Assembly (NCBI GenBank): GCA_963739455.1
Contig: CAVUAK010000003.1
Coordinates: 160,001-224,000 of the forward strand
Direction of reading: 5' to 3'
Source: an uncultured Gemmatimonadales bacterium
GTDB lineage: Bacteria; Gemmatimonadota; Gemmatimonadetes; Gemmatimonadales; GWC2-71-9
Length of the DNA stretch: 64,000 bases
Each line of letters opens with the position of its first letter. Positions within the stretch are counted from its first letter, which is position 1. The notes under the pieces are model-generated. The model had not been told where the DNA came from. It did not search any database and saw nothing but the letters and a program-made list of their open reading frames with translations. A program made the position numbers and the translations under genes. Shown in pieces: positions 57,402-64,000 of this stretch.

Positions 57402-58285
57402 GGGGAGAGGCGCCCGGCGGATTCGGTGAGGAGCCGTGCGATGGCGGCGGGTTGTTCCTCATGCAGGAGGTGGCCGCCGGGCAGGGTGTCGAGGGTGCAA
57501 CCGGGTGTGCGTCGCGCAAGTGATCGAAGGTCGTCGAGCGCAATCCAGGGATCGCGGGTCCCGGCGACGAGGTGGAGCGGCACGATGAGTCGCGGCATGT
57601 CGGCCACGAGTCCGGTGAGTGACCAGTTGGCCATCATGCCGAGGACATTGCGGACCCGCTCGTCGGAGCCAAGCATCTGCTCGTAGAGGTGCCGGTTGCC
57701 GGGTGTCACCGAGGACTGGGTCGCGCGAAGCAGTGACGCGATGACGCCCTCGCGACGGGCCAGGGCCGCGGCGGGAGCCGCGACGAAGCGGGCAGTGACG
57801 AGGCGGTGCATGAACGGCGCGATGAGCTCGCGATAGAGCGCCGGCGGCGGGACCAGCGCGGGGTTGAGCCCCACGAGCCGCGATCCGGCAGGGTCACCGT
57901 CGAGCGCCATGCGAATGATGATCGCGGCGCCGGCGGAGTGACCCGCCGAGAGCACCGGGGTGAGGCCAAGGGCAGTGAGCAGCGCGCCGCATGCGCGCGC
58001 CATGCCGGGCAGGGTCAGGGTAGCGCGGTCGGGTGCCGAGGTGAATCCGTGGCCCGGCAGGTCGGGAGCCACCACCGTGAAGTGCCGCGCGAGCAGGGGG
58101 AAGAGGTCGCCCCAGGAGAAGCTCGCCGCACCGGTGCCATGCAGGAGCAGGATTGCGGGACCGGTGCCCGCCACCTGCACATGCCACCGCAGCCCGGCGG
58201 CATCGACGAAGCGGCTCGACGAGGAATTGGGCCAGTGCGGGGCGAGCGATTCCCAGCCTGGTGGAGTGGTTGAAGGGCTGTTCAT
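57398..58285 (-). CDS. bchO: BchO alpha/beta hydrolase (Mg-chelatase accessory)
   Basis: [60 protein letters not shown]. Confidence 0.88.
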   Translation of the reverse strand: MNSPSTTPPGWESLAPHWPNSSSSRFVDAAGLRWHVQVAGTGPAILLLHGTGAASFSWGDLFPLLARHFTVVAPDLPGHGFTSAPDRATLTLPGMARACGALLTALGLTPVLSAGHSAGAAIIIRMALDGDPAGSRLVGLNPALVPPPALYRELIAPFMHRLVTARFVAAPAAALARREGVIASLLRATQSSVTPGNRHLYEQMLGSDERVRNVLGMMANWSLTGLVADMPRLIVPLHLVAGTRDPWIALDDLRSLARRTPGCTLDTLPGGHLLHEEQPAAIARLLTESAGRLSP

Positions 58286-58373
58286 GGGTTTACGCGGTCG
58301 TATGCCCGAGTGCGGGTGACCGCCCCAGCCGCGTGGGACGACGCGGCATGTATTACAACTCCCGGAGGAGTGT

Positions 58374-58505
58374 ATGGCAGACAACGGCTTGAGCGACGAA
58401 GAAGCACGGGGTTTTCACCGGTATTTCGTGTTGGGATTTGTCTCGTTCACTGGCGTAGCCATCGTCGCGCATTTCCTGGCGTGGCAGTGGCGTCCGTGGC
58501 TCTGA
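58374..58505 (+). CDS. pufB: Light-harvesting beta polypeptide (43 aa)
   Basis: Manual translation [53 protein letters not shown]; not in the ORF track. Confidence 0.96.
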   Translation: MADNGLSDEEARGFHRYFVLGFVSFTGVAIVAHFLAWQWRPWL

Positions 58506-58533
58506 TCACAACCCTTTTCCCAGAGGTTGACTG

Positions 58534-58695
58534 ATGTACAAGATCTGGCGCGGATCCGATCCAGTGACAGTACTGGCGGGATTGTTCTTCTCACTTGGCG
58601 TACTCTCGATCGTGCTGCACCTGTTCGCGTTCAGCGCGGTGGGCTACCCGAAGAGTGCCAAGATGAAGTACAACCCGCCGGCGGCGACCCAGTAA
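58534..58695 (+). CDS. pufA: Light-harvesting alpha polypeptide, divergent outer-ring (LHh-like) type (53 aa)
   Basis: Manual translation MYKIWRGSDPVTVLAGLFFSLGVLSIVLHLFAFSAVGYPKSAKMKYNPPAATQ; GAGG RBS; BChl-ligand His at position 29; not in the ORF track. Confidence 0.9.
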   Translation: MYKIWRGSDPVTVLAGLFFSLGVLSIVLHLFAFSAVGYPKSAKMKYNPPAATQ

Positions 58696-58790
58696 GGCGC
58701 CCTGACGCAGGTGCGTAAGCCAGGGTGCCGGCTATCACAGGTGCCCAGCTTGCGACCCTGCGCCGCTCTCTCCTCACCAAGGACCAGCGT

Positions 58791-59006
58791 ATGTATCGCA
58801 TCTGGCTTGCGTTCGACCCACGACGGGTGATGGTCGCACTGACGGTGTTCCTCACAGTGCTGGCCGTCACGATCCACTTCATCCTGCTGAGTTCCAGCCG
58901 GTATGCATGGATCGAGAATGGTACGCTATCGGCAGAGAAGGCGCCGGTAGGGTCCGGGCACGCCGCCGCAGTGGCCGAGATGGCCCCGCTGCCGGCCAAC
59001 CGGTAG
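58791..59006 (+). CDS. pufA: LH1 alpha polypeptide (71 aa, extended C-terminus)
   Basis: [40 protein letters not shown]...; AAGGA RBS. Confidence 0.96.
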   Translation: MYRIWLAFDPRRVMVALTVFLTVLAVTIHFILLSSSRYAWIENGTLSAEKAPVGSGHAAAVAEMAPLPANR

Positions 59007-59127
59007 TCGCACGAATCGAGGTCAGGCGGCAGCGGTCCGGACCCGTTGGTCCGGCCGCAGCCCCGACTTCACCCTGATGTCCTGAACGGTCCGACACGCG
59101 CGCCTGCCTGACGCCGCGCCTGGAGAC

Positions 59128-59961
59128 ATGAATCAAATGGCGATGCTCACGTTCGAACGAAAGTATCGAGTCCGTGGCGGGACCCTGATTGGCGGCGATC
59201 TGTTCGACTTCTGGATCGGGCCATTCTACGTCGGGTTCTTTGGTGTCACGGCCATCTTCTTCGCCGTCACCGGCACGCTCCTGCTGGTATGGGGCGCCGC
59301 AATGGGACCCACCTGGAACCTGTGGCGCATCAGCATCGCGCCGCCCGACCTGAGTTACGGCCTGGGCATGGCACCGCTGGCGAAGGGCGGGCTCTGGCAA
59401 CTGGTCACCGTCTGCGCCATCGGCGCCTTCTCATCCTGGGCACTCAGGCAGGCGGAGATCGCCCGCAAGCTCGGCATGGGCCTGCACATTTCGTGGGCCT
59501 TCAGCGCCGCGATCCTGGCGTACGTGACGCTGGTGTTCATCCGGCCGGTGCTGCTGGGCGCGTGGGGACATGGCTTCCCGTACGGCATCTTCAGTCACCT
59601 CGACTGGGTGTCGAACACGGGATACCAGTACCTGCACTTCCACTACAACCCCGCACACATGATCGCGGTGACGTTCTTCTTCACCAACTGCCTGGCGCTG
59701 GCCATGCATGGCTCCCTGATCCTCTCGGTGACGAACCCGAAGAAGGGTGAGCCGGTCAAGACGAGCGAGCACGAGAACGTGTTCTTCCGCGATTTCCTCG
59801 GCTATTCCATCGGGGCAATCGGCATCCACCGGCTCGGCACCTTCCTCGCCATGAGCGCCGCCATCTGGAGCGCGATCTGCATCGTGATCTCCGGGCCGCT
59901 GTGGACGAAGGGATGGCCGGAGTGGTGGAGCTGGTGGCTCAACCTGCCCATCTGGAAGTGA
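59128..59961 (+). CDS. pufL: Reaction centre L subunit (start may be 59137)
   Basis: [35 protein letters not shown]; cofactor ligands present. Confidence 0.98.
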   Translation: MNQMAMLTFERKYRVRGGTLIGGDLFDFWIGPFYVGFFGVTAIFFAVTGTLLLVWGAAMGPTWNLWRISIAPPDLSYGLGMAPLAKGGLWQLVTVCAIGAFSSWALRQAEIARKLGMGLHISWAFSAAILAYVTLVFIRPVLLGAWGHGFPYGIFSHLDWVSNTGYQYLHFHYNPAHMIAVTFFFTNCLALAMHGSLILSVTNPKKGEPVKTSEHENVFFRDFLGYSIGAIGIHRLGTFLAMSAAIWSAICIVISGPLWTKGWPEWWSWWLNLPIWK

Positions 59962-59973
59962 GGCGCCCCGGCC

Positions 59974-61395
59974 ATGCTTGAATACCAGAACATCTTCACG
60001 CGGGTCCAGGTGCGCACCGCGCCCGACCCGGGGCTGCCGATCGACCTCTCGACCGGTGCCCGCTATGGCAAGGGGACGTTCAACTACTGGATCGGCAAGA
60101 TCGGCGATGCGCAGATCGGGCCCATCTATCTCGGATGGAGCGGGATCGCCTCGATCATCTTCGGCTTCTTCGCCATCGAGATCATCGGGCTCAACTTCCT
60201 GGCGCAGGTGCACTGGAGCCCGATCCAGTTCATCCGGCAGCTGCCGTGGCTGGCGCTCGAGCCGCCGCCGCCACAGTTCGGCACGCACCTCTTCCCGCCG
60301 CTGCAGCAGGGCGGGTGGTACCTGCTCGCCGGCGGGTTCCTCTCGGCCGCAATCCTGCTCTGGTGGGTGCGCACCTACCTGCGCGCGCGGGCCCTCGGAC
60401 TGGGGACGCACCTCGCGTGGGCCTTTGCGTCGGCGATCTTCCTCTACTCCACCTTCTTCTTCCAGCCGCTGCTCGTCGGCAGCTGGAGCGAGATGGTGCC
60501 GTTCGGGATCTTCGCCCACCTCGACTGGACCGCGGCATTCTCGATCCGGTACGGGAACCTCTACTACAACCCGTTCCACGCGCTCTCGATCGCGTTCCTC
60601 TACGGCTCGGCGGTGCTCTTCGCCATGCACGGGGCCACGATCCTCGCGGTGAGCCGGGTGGGTGGCGAGCGGGAGATCGAGCAGATCACCGATCGCGGCA
60701 CCGCGGCCGAGCGCGCGGCGCTCTTCTGGCGCTGGACGATGGGCTGGAACGCCACGATGGAGTCGATTCATCGCTGGGCCTGGTGGTTCGCCGTGCTGAC
60801 GACCTTCACCGGCGGGCTCGGTATCCTGCTCACCGGCACCGTGGTGGACAACTGGTATCTCTGGGGCCAGAAGCACGGCCTGGTGGCCGACTACCCGGCA
60901 CAGAATCCGGCCGCCGCCGCTGACATGGAGAAGCTGCGCGGGCAGTACGCGGGTGTGCAGCCGTCAGGCTTCCCGGGCGTCGGCATCGACGACACGATCC
61001 CGGTCGTCATCGTGGCGGAGCAGATCTACGAAAGCGTGACGAAGACGGGACGCGTGGTGACCCAGGCGATCCTCTTCGACGTGGCACAGGCCACTATCGT
61101 CGCCGATTCGAAGGCGCAGCTCGACGAGATCGGCAAGGTGCTCTCCGAGCATCCCGAGCTGACGTTCGTCATCGAGGGCCACACCGACAACACCGGCGAT
61201 CCAGCCGGTAACCAGTCGCTCTCGGAGCAGCGTGCCAGTGCGGTGCGCGACTACCTGATCACGAACTACCAGGTCCTGCCCGGCAGGCTGTCGACGGCGG
61301 GATACGGGGCGTCGCGACCGGTCGCGTCGAATGATTCGCCGGGTGGGCGCGCACACAACAGGCGCGTCGAGCTCGTCACCGGGAGCCAGCCATGA
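59974..61395 (+). CDS. pufM: Reaction centre M subunit fused to a C-terminal OmpA-like domain
   Basis: [54 protein letters not shown], then ILFD...IEGHTDNTG...[10 protein letters not shown]...GYG..RP...NRRVEL. Confidence 0.96.
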   Translation: MLEYQNIFTRVQVRTAPDPGLPIDLSTGARYGKGTFNYWIGKIGDAQIGPIYLGWSGIASIIFGFFAIEIIGLNFLAQVHWSPIQFIRQLPWLALEPPPPQFGTHLFPPLQQGGWYLLAGGFLSAAILLWWVRTYLRARALGLGTHLAWAFASAIFLYSTFFFQPLLVGSWSEMVPFGIFAHLDWTAAFSIRYGNLYYNPFHALSIAFLYGSAVLFAMHGATILAVSRVGGEREIEQITDRGTAAERAALFWRWTMGWNATMESIHRWAWWFAVLTTFTGGLGILLTGTVVDNWYLWGQKHGLVADYPAQNPAAAADMEKLRGQYAGVQPSGFPGVGIDDTIPVVIVAEQIYESVTKTGRVVTQAILFDVAQATIVADSKAQLDEIGKVLSEHPELTFVIEGHTDNTGDPAGNQSLSEQRASAVRDYLITNYQVLPGRLSTAGYGASRPVASNDSPGGRAHNRRVELVTGSQP

Positions 61396-62651
61396 CACCC
61401 ATCGTTCCAGGCGCCGCGCGGCTGCTGGTGGCCGGCGCCTGCGTCCTCGTGGTTACCGGCTGCCAGCCGGGCAAGAAGGAATCGGTGCAGCGCGGCTATC
61501 GTGGCACCGCCATGGAGGAGATCTACGACAAGTCGGACCTCGCGAAGAAGGTGGCGGAGGTGGCGGCACGCATTCCCGAGCCGATTGCCCCGGCGGGTCC
61601 ACCGACGGCCGGCCCGTCACCATGGAAGAACGTGCAGGTGCTTACCGACGTAAGTCCGGGCGAGCTTACCCGCACCATGCTGGCCATGAGCACCTGGGTG
61701 GCCGGCACGGGCAACTGTGGCTACTGCCACAACCTTGCCGACATGTCCGCGGATACACTCGCCGGCGGGAAGCCGATCTACACCAAGCTGACCGCGCGCC
61801 GGATGCTGCGCATGGTGCGGGACATCAACGGCAACTACGAGGCGCACGTCAAGAACACCGGCGTCACCTGCTATACCTGCCACCTCGGGCAGCCGGTACC
61901 GAAGACCACGTGGGTGTACAACGGCAACCCGAACCAGGTGGAGCGGTACTTCCTCGACCGGTCGGCGGTGCGGGTACAGACGCACCAGGTTGCGGCCAGC
62001 AATGACAACCGGTCGTCGGTGAAGCAGACCGAGTTCACGTACGCCGTGATGATGAAGATCTCGACCGGGCTCGGGGTGTCGTGCAGCGAGTGCCACAACA
62101 GCCGCGCGTTCAACTCCTGGGAACAGGCGCCGCCGCAGCGGGTCCAGGCACTGCACGGGGCCGAGATGGTGCGGCACATCAACTACCAGTACCTCTTGCC
62201 GCTCAACGCCGTGCTGCCGGCGAGTCGACTCGGTCCAATGGGCGACTCACCGAAGGCCCTGTGCACCACCTGTCACAACGGGGCCTACAAGCCGCTCTAC
62301 GGCTACGCCATGGCAAAGGACTACCCGGCGCTGTGGGGCCGGAAGGACTGGAACGGCCAGCCGTTCCCGGCGATTCCAGCGGCGGAGCCGGTGGCTGCCC
62401 CGGCGCCCGCGCCGACCGGTGGTATCGGCACGTCGCCAACCAGTCCGAGTGCTGGCGCGACGGCCGCCGCCCCGGCCGCAACACCAGCCAGGTCGCCGTC
62501 GGGCAATGGCGGAACGGGCGCCATGGGAGGACAGGGACCAACTGGAACGCCATCCCCCGAGGCGGCACCGCGCACGCCGAGAACCGGTGCGATGGGGGGT
62601 CGCGGTCCGAGCGGCAAGGCGAAGCCGGTCGTTCCGCCGCCGGCGCACTAG
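61392..62651 (+). CDS. pufC: RC-bound tetraheme cytochrome c lipoprotein with long low-complexity tail
   Basis: Lipobox [15 protein letters not shown]; four CxxCH motifs (CGYCH, CYTCH, CSECH, CTTCH). Confidence 0.96.
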   Translation: MTPIVPGAARLLVAGACVLVVTGCQPGKKESVQRGYRGTAMEEIYDKSDLAKKVAEVAARIPEPIAPAGPPTAGPSPWKNVQVLTDVSPGELTRTMLAMSTWVAGTGNCGYCHNLADMSADTLAGGKPIYTKLTARRMLRMVRDINGNYEAHVKNTGVTCYTCHLGQPVPKTTWVYNGNPNQVERYFLDRSAVRVQTHQVAASNDNRSSVKQTEFTYAVMMKISTGLGVSCSECHNSRAFNSWEQAPPQRVQALHGAEMVRHINYQYLLPLNAVLPASRLGPMGDSPKALCTTCHNGAYKPLYGYAMAKDYPALWGRKDWNGQPFPAIPAAEPVAAPAPAPTGGIGTSPTSPSAGATAAAPAATPARSPSGNGGTGAMGGQGPTGTPSPEAAPRTPRTGAMGGRGPSGKAKPVVPPPAH

Positions 62652-62676
62652 CATCGGCAGGTCGCTGCACCACGCG

Positions 62677-62711
62677 AAAGGGCCCCGCGATCACGATCGC
62701 GGGGCCCTTTT
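62677..62711. terminator. Intrinsic terminator between convergent pufC and puhC
   Basis: AAAGGGCCCCGCGATC-ac-GATCGCGGGGCCCTTTT inverted repeat. Confidence 0.9.
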
Positions 62712-62731
62712 GCTGTGCGGTGCTGGTCGCG

Positions 62732-63202
62732 CTACTGGAAGAGCTGGGAGAAGGACTGGACCTGCGTGGGCCCGAACGAACTCACCGCGATGTGCATGCC
62801 GGTGCTGGGATCGTCCAGAGTCATCCGGCCGTCCTGCCACTTCGTGATGCGGAACGGCGTCGCCGGGTCGGTCTGGGCGACATCGCGCTTCTGCTTGATG
62901 CCGCGCAGCATGCCGAAGATGAACCCGTTCTTGTCGGAGCTGAGCCGCGCGATCTCCCGTGCCTGGCCCACGTCGAACACCGAAAGCGTCCCGTCGCCCT
63001 GCATGTCGAACCGGACCTCGCGCTGCAGTGCCACTGCCGTCACCGGTTCCTGCGAGGCCGTGTGGCCACTGACGCGCGCCTGGATGGCCACGCCGAACAC
63101 CAGCACAACCAGGAGCGACGCCCCGATGAGCGGGCCGCGCGGGACGTGAATGGTGGAGTCGGCAGGGGTGCCTGGTTCCGGTTCGACGAAGATCTCAGCC
63201 AT
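62732..63202 (-). CDS. puhC: Photosynthetic complex assembly protein PuhC
   Basis: TM helix, then NGFIFGMLRGI...R, PFRITKWQDGRMTLDDPSTG..I...SFGPT. Confidence 0.88.
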   Translation of the reverse strand: MAEIFVEPEPGTPADSTIHVPRGPLIGASLLVVLVFGVAIQARVSGHTASQEPVTAVALQREVRFDMQGDGTLSVFDVGQAREIARLSSDKNGFIFGMLRGIKQKRDVAQTDPATPFRITKWQDGRMTLDDPSTGMHIAVSSFGPTQVQSFSQLFQ

Positions 63203-63860
63203 GGGCGCCAACGATCGGTCGGAGGTGGGTGGTGGGCTTGGGCGCCTCCGCGCTCGGGTTATCGAGCTCCAGCACGGAGGCCTGCACCCCATCGCCCGCC
63301 GCGACCTGCATGTGCTCCGCCACGAGCGCCATCTCCACCAGGCCGCGCAGCATCGGTTCGGGATACCGAAGGCGCCAGGGTCGCACGTGGGGCCAGAGAT
63401 GGAAGAAGCCGATGCGGTCGGGCCGCGTCAGGCGGAGTGAGATCTGCCCGGTGCCGTCGCTGAACTGCCGGCACTCGGCGGCCTCGATGAGGCGGAACGG
63501 AATGTTGATGGTCGTCGGCAGCACGAGCCCCGCCTTGAGCACCACGCGCCGGTCGGTGATGGCGTAGACGGTGCTCTTCGCGGTGAAGTGAGCGTACGCC
63601 AGGATGCCGATCACCACGAAGGCGGCCAGGGCAAACTGGATGCCCGCCGCGGTCAGGATCTGCGAGGTGGTTGCACCCTCACGAAGCGCCCCGGCCAGGC
63701 CCAGCAGGATCAGCAGCGCGAAGTAGCCGGCGACGAGACGCACATGGAACGCATGGCGCGCCAGCGGCCGGCTTGCCGGGGCACCGCTCCAGAGGAGCCG
63801 CTCCCCGGCCGGCAGCGGCTGCGAGACGCCGCGGATCCATGTGCGGTCGTCGATGGTCAT
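63195..63860 (-). CDS. puhB: Photosynthetic complex assembly protein PuhB
   Basis: LPAGERLLWSGAP, AFHVRLVAGYF, YAITDRRVVL, LWPHVRPWRLRYPEPMLR. Confidence 0.93.
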   Translation of the reverse strand: MTIDDRTWIRGVSQPLPAGERLLWSGAPASRPLARHAFHVRLVAGYFALLILLGLAGALREGATTSQILTAAGIQFALAAFVVIGILAYAHFTAKSTVYAITDRRVVLKAGLVLPTTINIPFRLIEAAECRQFSDGTGQISLRLTRPDRIGFFHLWPHVRPWRLRYPEPMLRGLVEMALVAEHMQVAAGDGVQASVLELDNPSAEAPKPTTHLRPIVGAHG

Positions 63861-64000
63861 ATGATCGGCTGCGACCGGGCCGCCGTTGCGTACAGGTGGC
63901 CCCCGGCGTAATACGCCGAGATCCGGTCCTCCTCGCGCAGCGTGATCTGCGCGGCGTCCTTGATGCCGGGCACCTCGGCGAACTGGGCCGCGGTGATCGA
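63857..64000 (-). CDS. puhA: 3' end of reaction centre H subunit (truncated by the window edge)
   Basis: Manual translation SITAAQFAEVPGIKDAAQITLREEDRISAYYAGGHLYATAARSQPII*; ATGA overlap with puhB. Confidence 0.93.
   Translation of the reverse strand, partial: SITAAQFAEVPGIKDAAQITLREEDRISAYYAGGHLYATAARSQPII

Noticed and set aside
58349..58357. PpsR box before pufB (TGTATTACA)
   Set aside because: Spacing is N3, not N12.

Overview
GC-rich bacterial DNA, most consistent with a phototrophic member of Gemmatimonadota (inferred from the reaction-centre and antenna sequences). 1-25.5 kb is housekeeping: ROK kinase, GT4/GT9 glycosyltransferases, lepA, mfd, two SurA-type PPIases, pdxA, hisG/hisZ/hisD, a CDF transporter and typA. 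25.5-43 kb is accessory and envelope genes: ppk2, three DUF4136-like lipoproteins, a PLD-like protein, outer-membrane proteins, an M13 peptidase and a lone tRNA-Ile. From 43.1 kb to the right edge is a type-2 photosynthesis gene cluster: hemB-hemL-hemY-crtB-methyltransferase-bchI-bchD-puhE, bchCXYZ, an inverted bchO, pufB-pufA-pufA-pufL-pufM-pufC, and convergent puhA(3' end)-puhB-puhC. The standout is a 473-aa PufM fused in frame to a complete OmpA-like peptidoglycan-binding domain, suggesting a reaction centre tethered to the cell wall. Also notable: one beta plus two alpha antenna genes (pufB and the first pufA are absent from the ORF track), tandem PpsR boxes before bchC and before the hemB-led operon, and inverted heptamer arrays. 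At least 11 genes between 2.8 and 46 kb have frameshifts that look like sequencing indels, so fusion and pseudogene claims need read-level checks. All calls are from motif recognition; no searches were run.
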